In this document: one piece after another, positions 26,508 to 37,482 of the stretch
Position numbering within the stretch: the stretch's first letter is position 1
How the letters are laid out: each line of letters opens with the position of its first letter
Assembly: GCA_002269645.1 (NCBI GenBank)
Contig: NIVC01001666.1
Coordinates: 186,001-250,000 of the forward strand
Length of the DNA stretch: 64,000 nt
Origin: Macrostomum lignano
Lineage: Eukaryota
Direction of reading: 5' to 3'
Translations under genes and position numbers: made by a program
Notes under the pieces: generated by a model
The model's input: only the letters and a program-made list of their open reading frames with translations
Databases searched by the model: none
What the model was told of the DNA's origin: nothing

Positions 26508-27960
26508 CCCTCAAAGACAGCAGTACCCTCAAAGACAGCACCCTCAAAGACAGCACCCTCAAAGATAGCACCCTCAAACACAGCACCCTCAAACACAGCA
26601 CCCTCAAAAATAGCACCCTCAAAGACAACACCCTCAAACACAGCAGCACCCTCAAAGACAACACCCTCAAACACAGCAGCACCCTCAAAGACAGCACCCT
26701 CAAACACAGCACCCTCAAAGACAGCAGTACCCTCAAAGACAGCACCCTCAAACACAGCACCCTCGAAGACAGCACCCTCGAAGACAGCAGCACCCTCAAA
26801 GACAGCACCCTCAAACACAGCACCCTCAAAGACAGCAGTACCCTCAAAGACAGCACCCTCAAACACAGCACCCTCAAACACAGCACCCTCAAAAATAGCA
26901 CCCTCAAAGACAGCACCCTCAAACACAGCACCCTCAAACACAGCACCCTCAAAGACAGCACCCTCAAACACAGCAGCACCCTCAAGGACAGCAGCACCCT
27001 CAAAGACAGCAGCAACCTCAAGGACAGCAGCACCCTCAAGGACAGCAGCACCCTCAAAGACAGCAGCACCCTCAAGGACAGCAGCACCCTCAAGGACAGC
27101 AGCACCCTCAAAGACAGCAGCACCCTCAAGGACAGCAGCACCCTCAAAGACAGCAGCACCCTCAAAGACAGCAGCACCCTCAAGGACAGCAGCACCCTCA
27201 AGGACAGCAGCACCCTCAAAGACAGCAGCACCCTCAAGGACAGCAGCACCCTCAAAGACAACACCCTCAAACACAGCACCCTAAAAGACAGCACCCTAAA
27301 AGACAGCACACTAAAAGACAGCACCCTCAAAGACAGCACCCTCAAAGACAGCAGCACCCTCAAGGACAGCAGCACCCTCAAAGACAGCAGCACCCTCAAG
27401 GACAGCAGCACCCTCAAGGACAGCAGCACCCTCAAAGACAGCAGCACCCTCAAGGACAGCAGCACCCTCAAGGACAGCAGCACCCTCAAAGACAGCAGCA
27501 CCCTCAAGGACAGCAGCACCCTCAAAGACAACACCCTCAAACACAGCACCCTAAAAGACAGCACCCTAAAAGACAGCACACTAAAAGACAGCACCCTCAA
27601 AGACAGCACCCTCAAAGACAGCAGTACCCTCAAAGACAGCACCCTCAAACATAGCAGCACCCTCAAAGACAGCACCCTCAAAGACAGCACCCTCAAAGAC
27701 AGCACCTTCAAACACAGCACCCTCAAAGACAGCACCCTCAAACATAGCACCCTCAAAGACAGCACCCTCAAACACAGCAGCACCCTCAAAGACAGCAGCA
27801 CCCTCAAACATAGCACCCTCAAAGACAGCACCCTCAAACACAGCACCCTCAAAGACAGCACCCTCAAACACAGCAGCACCCTCAAAGACAGCACCCTCAA
27901 ACACAGCAGCACCCTCAAAGACAGCACCCTCAAACACAGCAGCACCCCCAAAAACAGCAC
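26508..27960. repeat. 18/21-bp array CAGCACCCTCAAAGA(CAG)
   Basis: Tandem copies; produces the spurious 500-aa ORFs on both strands. Confidence 0.95.
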
Positions 27961-28454
27961 CTCAATAGAGTTCAGGATAAGTCCATGAAAATTAGCATCT
28001 GCTCGGACAGACTACCAATGGAATATTGGTTTGATTTTAACTAATACTTACATAATAATGACACATTTAACTGAGGCCATTATTAGGAGCAACAAAGCCA
28101 CAATGCAAATGATTACGCAATATCGCAATGCTTTGTCATTGATCTGCACTCGGGGGGACACTACAATACCAGAGCGGCAAAGGGGGGTGCAAAGCCAGGC
28201 CTTTGTTTGCAGAAACACTGATACAAATGACACAAGCCAAACTAGTAAAATAGAATGCGAAGCTCGGGAATTGAAATAAATTATGCTAGGAATTTGCAAT
28301 GAAAGCGTAAACTGATCGTTGCCTCACTATATTCCAGTTTATGTTTTTTCCTTTTTGACATATTTTCAGTGGGTTTGACGTTTTCTTACGCATGATGAAT
28401 AAGATTGTGAAGCCAGAAGGCCCGTTTTTGTAATGCCTGGTGTGTCGTTACTGG

Positions 28455-28830
28455 TGTCAGTTGACGGATGTTTGGGAGTAAATTGAGTCATTTTAGGCGT
28501 CAGTTGAGTCATTGTAGGGGTCAGTTGAGTCATTGTAGGTGTCAGTTGAGTCATTGTAGGTGTCAGTTGAGAGATGTTTGGGAGTAAATTGAGTCATTTT
28601 AGGCGTCAGTTGAGTCATTGTAGGTGTCAGTTGAGTCATTGTAGGTGTCAGTTGAGTCATTGTAGGTGTCAGTTGAGTCATTGTAGGTGTCAGTTGAGTC
28701 ATTATAGGTGTCAGTTGAGTCATTGTAGGTGTCAGTTGAGTTATTGTAGGCGTCAGTTAAGTTATTGTAGGCGTCAGTTAAGTCACTGTACGAGAGAGGA
28801 AAGTAGGTGTCATTGTGGGTGTCAGTTAAT
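28455..28830. repeat. 21-bp minisatellite GTCAGTTGAGTCATTGTAGGT
   Basis: Direct reading. Confidence 0.92.
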
Positions 28831-28961
28831 TCAAGTAACTCCAGTTCGTTCTACTTTTAAAGAACCGTGAATTAAAAAGTGATTCAAATGTTTTGCGAAA
28901 TAAAACAAATAATATGCATTGGTCCAAAGTTAAAGATACAGTTATTCCTGCGATAAAATGC

Positions 28962-29260
28962 TACATTATTTATTAATAATGCATTCATCATTTGACTGAA
29001 TTGAAAAAAAAACGTTTAAACATTTTGACAGAAAACGGTAAAACAAAGATGTTTATTCTATTTTTAACCCTGCATCTTTCTTCTCCATCAGTCGGATTAA
29101 ACAAAAAAATACATAAGCGAAAGAAACACAAGCTCAAAAGGAAAATGCTTCTCAAATCTCACGGAAAATTAATTTGCACACAATTTTTAGGGATCGCAAA
29201 GTAAAGCTCAAAGCCTAAAATATTGCCCAATTAATCCGTAATCTGCATGTCGTTTGTCAT
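28962..29260 (+). repeat. Diverged ~280-300-bp direct repeat, copy A (copy B at ~31419-31718)
   Basis: Shared blocks TCTTTCTTCTCCATCAG.GGATTAAACAAAAAA, CAAAAGGAAAATGCTT and TATTGCCCAATTAATCCGT in both places. Confidence 0.8.
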
Positions 29261-29984
29261 TTTGCAAACTTGTTTAAGTAGTTGGTCACTGGATAGTTAC
29301 CTTTGTATTTTGGTGAAAGTCTTGGGAAATATTTATAGTTCTATTGACAGTTTGTTGGCACCTCAATTTTCAGAATTAACAGAAAACCATTTTGATTCAC
29401 TTCATTCCGGAAGTGCAGGAAGTTTGCCCCAACACGGGGTGGACCTTGCACGGGTGCTTTCAATTCTATCTCTCCCATGTCCCCTGGTCCACCACCATAG
29501 TTCACGTGACATTTGAGTTAATGGGTTGTAAAAAAACCCCACAACTTCTCCTGTTTGCGTAACCGGGCAGGGGGGGCCATAAACCTCTTTGATTTTTGCA
29601 ACTGAGTTATCAGCGGTTTTTGCATGGCAACTCAATTTTTGCGAAGATAAAAATCACTTTGATTGCTGTGCTGGTGGTCCTTTTTGAGTTGTAAACTTTG
29701 AGACGCTATTCGAGTTTTATTAATGCTATAAATCTGCTTCGGTACAAGATGCGGGCTTGCTCTTAAAGTTAACAAAGGCACACCGCCTGTTTGGCGTTGG
29801 GCATGTCTTTGTAAGATTTGACCTTTCAAAATTACTTCTTTAACCTTTCAACAAAGGTCAAAGTTGTTCAGCAGTGTTGTTTGAAGAGCAGAGGAATTTC
29901 GACTGACAAGGCCGCTTTGGCACGCAGGCATCAAATGTCGAATGAAATTTATTTGACAAAGACTATAATTTACGGTCTTTATTA

Positions 29985-30535
29985 CGGGTCCTGTCGGGTC
30001 CTGTCGGGTCCTGTCGGGTCCTGTCGGGTTCCTGTCGGGTTCCTGTCGGGTCCTGTCGGGTCCTGTCGGGTCCTGTCGGGTCCTGTCGGGTCCTGTCGGG
30101 TCCTGTCGGGTCCTGTCGGGTCCTGTCGGGTCCTGTCGGGTCCTGTCGGGTCCTGTCGGGTCCTGTCGGGTCCTGTCGGGTCCTGTTGGGTCCTGTCGGG
30201 TCCTGTCGGGTCCTGTCGGGTCCTGTCGGGTCCTGTCGGGTCCTGTCGGGTCCTGTCGGGTCCTGTCGGGTCCTGTCGGGTCCTGTCGGGTCCTGTCGGG
30301 TCCTGTCGGGTCCTGTCGGGTCCTGTCGGGTCCTGTCGGGTCCTGTCGGGTCCTGTCGGGTCCTGTCGGGTCCTGTCGGGTCCTGTCGGGTCCTGTCGGG
30401 TCCTGTCGGGTCCTGTCGGGTCCTGTCGGGTCCTGTCGGGTCCTGTCGGGTCCTGTCGGGTCCTGTCGGGTCCTGTCGGGTCCTGTCGGGTCCTGTCGGG
30501 TCCTGTTGGGCCCTGTTGGGTCCTGTCGGGTTCCT
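29985..30535. repeat. 10-bp repeat TCCTGTCGGG, ~55 copies
   Basis: Direct reading. Confidence 0.98.
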
Positions 30536-33500
30536 GTCTGTCTCGTGGTCGCAAAGAAGCTATCCTATTTCAGCATTTCTGCAGTCAGGTTTTGTGGTCA
30601 GTTTTACAATTCCTTTTTAAATGGTGATTTAAATTAGAATATAGAAATTCCGTTACAATGGAAGCTGACAGCGCTTTGATTGTCTGCATTAGAAGTTAAC
30701 TGCAGGCCCTTGCAACCCTTGATGACAGATATTTCCAGGTCCGGTTCAACACCGATTCCCCTTGCTTCCAAATCGGGAATCCGTTTCTAATTGCAATCGA
30801 ATTTCGCACAACTGAGGCCGCGGGGCAGCGCAAATTTTGTTTTTGCTGCACACGAAGTGCGGCATGCATCGTTTAAGATTAACAAATTGATAATGCTATA
30901 ATTTCATGCTTATCATCAGGGCTTTGACAACTCGCTGTATAGATTAATAATTGCAGATGATTTGGTGTGACGCGAGAATCAACCCATGGCAGATCACTTC
31001 CTGGCTATCTGGTGTGATAATCCGCCTCTTAGTTTATGCAAGAAAGTTTTAATTAGTAAATCGATATTAAATTTAGCGGCTCCTGCTTGGCAACAACGCG
31101 GCAGTGAAAGCTATAGTTTTTCACACGGCACTGCAGCTTCATTGTAAACAGATAAGGCATCAAAATCTGCGAGATGCAATCAGACCAATTTCCTGTCTAG
31201 ACTAGCAACTATCAAGAGTTGCATTCGGGCCTGTTAGGGCCTGTATTGGTAATTGGTAATTCGTTTACAAGCTTTACCAGCGATAACATTTGACGCAAAC
31301 GACGCGGATGTTGAAGCTTAATTAATTGGACCAGGAACCTGCATCTTCGACGAGAAGACGCAACCCACGGAACCGGCAAACAAGGAAGCTTCACTGCTTC
31401 AGTCATACGAGTAAAAGGTACATTTCTTATTATTAATGCATCCATCATTTAAGTGGTTTAAAAAACGAATAAAAATTTGACATAAAATGGTTAAACAAAG
31501 ATGTTACTTGTTTTTTAACGTGTCTTTCTTCTCCATCAGTTGGATTAAACAAAAAATGCATAAGCGAAATAAACTCAAACACAAAAGGAAAATGCTTTTC
31601 AATCCTCATGGAAAAAACTAAGTTGCACACCATTTTTTGGGGGAGGGGTCGCAAAGTAATGCTCAAAGAGAAAGCATATTGCCCAATTAATCCGTTTTAA
31701 TTGCACATCATTTGTCGTCTGCTTCAGTCATAGCAGGGTTCGTATTGGAAACCAATTGCCATTGCATTTCGATGAGAATAACTTCAACTGAAGCTTCGTG
31801 AACTTTCATTGTTCTTTTTACTTTTTCTGCTTCGGTTCTGTCCACAGAGATACAAGTATTCCAGTCAAGCAGGGAATAAATTAGATTCCTATAGAGTATT
31901 GTGGAGAATAAAGCAAATATTGACATCGCAAGGATGGTTATCTTCTGTTAATCAGAAAAACTTCGAACAAGCCACCGTTTACAGTGGAACTTTGATTTCA
32001 TTGTCTTTAACCAGGTTTTAACACCGAGGCAGGCACTAATCATACGAGTACGAGACAAGGATCTGTAAGGAAAATTATCATAAAATTATTATTTGTAAAA
32101 TAGATTACCGAGCTTATAATTCAAGTTCTCTTCTATTCAAATTGATTGTTTCACGTATTAACCTTGCTTAATACTTTTTGTGCATCGGCCATCGGGCAAC
32201 GCAGACATGTGCGCATACTATTTAATTTCGGTTGTATAATTTCATTCATTTTGCTTTTTTTGCACACTTCTCTTTGTGCGTTATTACTATTACTATCAGC
32301 CAGTCAGCCACAATTGCTTCTCTCTCCGGAGCCCAGACTGTTGTTTTGCGAGGCCGGCCCTTCTTTCCCTTAGACTGCCATGCCAGTCCCTCGGGCTGGC
32401 CCTGGGGGCTGTGTCCTCATGAGGTCAAACCCACCCGCCCCCCTGTCCCCCTATTGCATGACGAAAGCACTTGCCCTGTTGGGGGTCCGCCCGACCAACC
32501 AAGCTCCTTTCCTTCCCTTGCACTCGCGTCATCTCTCTCTCCCCTCCCTCCGCCCCGGCCTCACACTCTCGGGCTATTGCGTCTGTAGTCAAAATGCGTT
32601 GCGTGTTGAACAGGGGGGTTGGGGGCCGCTGGCGCCACCCCTTCGTCGGTCCCAGCGTACAGAGAATCTATTGGTTGCATAATTCTTGTGCAATAAGGGG
32701 GGCTGCGTCGGAGAAGTGCTTTTTATAGCAGACACCCTCTCCTTCCTGCCTTTAACTGGACCAGTTCCCCTGACAGTGTGCGGGAAGGGGGGTTTGACTA
32801 GAGGTGGGGGCTTCGTGCGGGCTTGGGGTGGACAACATTAGAACCCACCACCCCCTCCGCGCTCCAATCTAGCTTTGCCCTTATCACACAACCAATGTAC
32901 ATTGAAACTTAGAGGAGTGGGGGTTGAAATTGCGCTCGCGGGGGGCAGGAGGGAAGAGAAGTGTTGGAGAGAGAGAAGCCGGGCTTGTCCTGATCTGACA
33001 GGGCCTCGTGCGGACCTGGCGTTACCCCTCCGCTCCATTTTACTATACGACACAACCCAACGCACACAGTGCCTTCTCGCTCTTTCTGCCTCTCTCTCTG
33101 GCCCCCTCCGTGCCAATTGCTTTGAAGGCTTCTCCTTTCTCCAAACCTCAACCCCCTCCGCATACCTTCTCCACCCGCAGTTTTAACTCTTAAATAATAT
33201 AGGCCCCTGTTAACGCAACACAGACCAGAGAGACTTAGTAACGGCAAGGAGAAAAGTAGAAGGTAATATTCATTACTCTCCTTGCCTGTAGTTAGTTTAG
33301 TCTCAATTGAAATAATAATTGAGCAAGCATGTTAAAATAGCGTGCATTTTAGATTTTTTTGCCATTATTCTTATAATAAAACGATTTTTAACAAATAAAT
33401 CTAGTCTCTAGCTAGTCTCTTATTACTTATATAAATCAATCGGATTAGACAAAATATACTAATACCAGTTCCCTAAGTCTTCATTCTGTCTGCATGCACA

Positions 33501-33974
33501 AACGACGCCTGCCCATTATTCAATTCGTGCAACAAGCCGACCCCAAAGGAGTTGCAACGCCGTGAGTTATTAATATTATTTTTGTTTAAATATATTTTTT
33601 ACTTCTGTAAGTTTTTATAGATTTTCACAAGTTAGCTAAACGCCGTTCGATTCCGATTCTGACCGCAAGCTCCCCCACCCAATTCCCCAGTAGAAAAGTA
33701 CACCCAAAGGCATGCATGTGCATCGCTGTGCAATGTGCAGTGCAGTCTCCCCGGGACCAGCTGATTGCTCGAACTGATTGTTCAGGCGGGTAGGAGAGAG
33801 GGGAGGAGAGTCTGGGCAAGGGAGCAATTGATGAGGACTCGACCTTACTCTCTAGGCTCTGCTGTGCTGCCCTAATATTATGCCAACCATATCCCTCCCT
33901 CCCCAACCTTACTTCGAATTCAAATACCTACCACAGAACTCATGAGCATTGCATTTTTGTACATGTATGACAGG

Positions 33975-34965
33975 ACAATGACCGATCTAATGACCAGAAT
34001 ATGGCAGGGCAATGATCGATTTAATGACCAGAATGTAGCAGGGCAGTGACCGATCTAATGACCAGAATCTGGCAATGACCGATTTAATTACCAGAATGTG
34101 GTAGGGCAATGACCGATTTAATAACCAGAATGTGGCAGGGCAGTGACCGATCTAATAACCAGAATGTGGCAGGGCAATGACCGATCTAATAACCAGAATG
34201 TGACAGGGCAATGACCGATCTAATAACCAGAATGTGACAGGGCAATGCCAATGACCGATCTAATGACCAGAATGTGACAGGGCAATGACCGATCTAATGA
34301 CCAGAATCTGGCAATGACCGATTTAATTACCAGAATGTGGTAGGGCAATGACCGATTTAATAACCAGAATGTGACAGGGCAATGACCGATTTAATTACCA
34401 GAATGTGACAGGGCAATGACCGATCTAATAACCAGAATGTGACAGGGCAATGACCGATCTAATAACCAGAATGTGGCAGACAATGACCGATCTAATGACC
34501 AGGATGTGGCAGGGCAGTGACCGATCTAATGACCAGAATGTGGCAGGGCAGTGACCGATCTAATAACCAGAATGTGGCAGGGCAGTGACCGATCTAATAA
34601 CCAGAATGTGGCAGGGCAATGACCGATCTAATAACCAGAATGTGACAGGGCAATGACCGATCTAATAACCAGAATGTGACAGGGCAATGCCAATGACCGA
34701 TCTAATGACCAGAATGTGACAGGGCAATGACCGATCTAATTACCAGAATGTGGCAGGGCAATGACCGATCTAATGACCAGAATGTGGCAGGGCAGTGACC
34801 GATCTAATGACCAGAATGTGGCAGGGCAATGACCGATCTAATAACCAGAATGTGGCAGGGCAATGACCGATCTAATGACCAGAATGTGACAGGGCAATGA
34901 CCGATCTAATGACCAGAATGTGGCAGGGCAATGACCGATCTAATGACCAGAATGTGGCAGGGCAG
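33975..34965. repeat. 34-bp minisatellite ATGACCGATCTAATGACCAGAATGTGGCAGGGCA
   Basis: Direct reading. Confidence 0.95.
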
Positions 34966-35207
34966 GGCAGGGTATTGCTGAAGAAAATATGCATGCACCA
35001 AAAATGTAACTCATTTCAAACCAAGGATAAGTTCCCTGGCTAGCCCTGCCTCCCTGGTCTTCTCTACCCACTCACTTGTTTGTACCCCGTGGGACTGCAA
35101 AAACCAGGAGCCTGGGTGCCTGTGCATCTCGATCTTGACTCAAAATATCCTTCAGTTTGCATCTCTGACTGACGGTCTGCCTGCGACTGCACTGCGAGAA
35201 CAGTTAA

Positions 35208-35617
35208 TAGAAGCGGTGGACGTTCAGGATAGTAGCGGTGGACATTCGGGATAGAAGCGGTGGACATTCGGGATAGCAGCGGTAAACATTAGGGGTAGCA
35301 GCGGTGGACATTAGGGATAGAAGCGGTGGAAATTCGGGATGGAATCGATGGACATTGGGGATAGAATTGGTGTACATTAGGGATAGAAGCGGTGGACATT
35401 CGGGATGGAATCGGTGGACATTCGGGATGGAATCGGTGGACATTCGGGATGGAATCGGTGGACATTCGGGATAGAAGCGGTGGACATTGGGGACAAAATT
35501 GGTGGACATTCGGGATGGAATCGGTGGACATTCGGGATGGAATCGGGTGGACATTCAGATGGAATCGGTGGACATTCGGGATGGAATCGGTGGACATTCG
35601 GGATAGAAGCGGTGGAC
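35208..35617. repeat. 22-bp minisatellite ATGGAATCGGTGGACATTCGGG
   Basis: Direct reading. Confidence 0.92.
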
Positions 35618-36577
35618 CCTCCCTACAATGTGTTAATTGAGGCTGTGAATTCGCTCAAAATTACCCTTCCTAAATCGCCCAACCGCCTACCCGCTAAACC
35701 CGCTAGCGCACGCTACCCCACACGAACAAACAGGCCCCCACAGATCTGCCCAGCCTCTCAGATCCCCCCAGCAACTAGATGGAAAGAAAAGAAGTCTTCC
35801 CCTTGCTTCAAGATGCGGCAACTCGAACTGAACTGTACTTGCAATTTGTGCAAATTGAGGTCTCTCTCTCTCCCTCCCCCAGTCCGGCACTGGTCTGCTC
35901 AATCAAACTCGAGTGCGCCTCTGAAATTTGCTGATCCCACCAAATAGTTATATAAGAGCAAAAACGAAACTCATTTTCGAACTTCGCTTCTCCTTTCTCT
36001 AGTCTTCGTGTTTTTTTTTTGGAAAAAAGTAGATTCATTCCTAACTCCTAAAGCTGAGTACAGCAGCCTTCTCCCACCATCCTGCCTCAGTTGGCGACCG
36101 CCCGCTCCCTCCATCATTTCTCTTCCCCGTCCCAGCGCGACCCGGCTTGACCCCCGAGCTGACGGCACCCGCCCAGCAACTGTCTGCATCAGCTCAAAGC
36201 TCAAAGTAAGTTATATAAGGCAAAGCTGCTGAACATATTTACAAGTAAATATAAATTGTGCAATAGTTGCCAGGAGAATTTGAAATCTCTTTTCCTTCCA
36301 CTCTCTGTGCTTGTCTGCTGAGTGCTTGTTGGCTCAGCTGGATTGCGTAATCCACCCCAGGGCTGACCGGGACTCCTGTAGCCCGCCTTTCTTTACCCCT
36401 CTGTCACTGCTGACCTGACCTCTGTTGACCTCTAAGTTTGATAGTTGCAGTCTTATTTATTAGGCTTTTGTTTATTTTGACAAAACATTGTCTTGAACTC
36501 GAAGCTTTGGGAACTGTAGCAAATCGAATAAAAAGTTTGTTTTCATTTCTATTTCTATAACTAAAATTTCCGGAAAC

Positions 36578-37482
36578 CATGTCATTCACAGCCAGTATCT
36601 CATGCTATTCACAGCCAGTATCTCATGCTATTCACAGCCAGTATCCCATGCCATTCACAGCCAGTATCTCATGCCATTCACAGCCAGTATCCCATGCCAT
36701 TCACAGCCAGTATCCCATGCCATTCACAGTCAGTATCTCATGCTATTCACAGCCAGTATCTCATGCCATTCACAGCCAGTATCCCATGCCATTCACAGCC
36801 AGTATCCCATGCCATTGACAGCCAGTATCCCATGCCATTCACAGCCAGTATCCCATGCCATTCACAGCCAGTATCTCATGCCATTCACAGCCAGTATCCC
36901 ATGCCATTCACAGCCAGTATCCCATGCCATTCACAGTCAGTATCTCATGCTATTCACAGCCAGTATCTCATGCCATTCACAGCCAGTATCCCATGCCATT
37001 CACAGCCAGTATCCCATGCCATTGACAGCCAGTATCCCATGCCATTCACAGCCAGTATCCCATGCCATTCACAGCCAGTATCCCATGCCATTCACAGCCA
37101 GTATCCCATGCCATTGACAGCCAGTATCCCATGCCATTCACAGCCAGTATCCCATGCCATTCACAGCCAGTATCCCATGCCATTCACAGCCAGTATCCCA
37201 TGCCATTCACAGCTAGTATCCCATGCCATTCACAGACAGTATCCCATGCCATTCACAGCCAGTATCTCATGCCATTCACAGCCAGTATCCCATGCCATTC
37301 ACAGCCAGTATCCCATGCCATTGACAGCCAGTATCCCATGCCATTCACAGCCAGTATCCCATGCCATTCACAGCCAGTATCCCATGCCATTCACAGCCAG
37401 TATCCCATGCCATTCACAGCTAGTATCCCATGCCATTCACAGCCAGTATTCATGTCATTCACAGCCAGTATCCCATGCACAG
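36578..37482. repeat. 23-bp minisatellite CCCATGCCATTCACAGCCAGTAT ending at the bZIP splice acceptor
   Basis: About 39 copies; the last, truncated unit supplies the CAG at 37480-37482. Confidence 0.95.

Noticed and set aside
26434-27988. 500-aa ORFs on both strands, one frame mucin-like (PSKTAAPS..)
   Set aside because: Pure translation of an 18/21-bp array; open in several frames, the mucin-like frame is broken by TAA unit variants, and no flanking exon structure was found.
28063-32064. Scattered short AG..GT-bounded islands (minus 28063-28233 and 28389-28457; plus 31335-31417 and 32015-32064)
   Set aside because: Phases do not join into a coherent ORF; splice-like motifs at this density are expected by chance.
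33636-33827. Ankyrin-like GETALHIA in a minus-strand ORF
   Set aside because: Arises from a TGCAC-rich low-complexity patch; the following residues (QRCTCMPLG) do not continue the ankyrin consensus and no neighbouring repeats were found.
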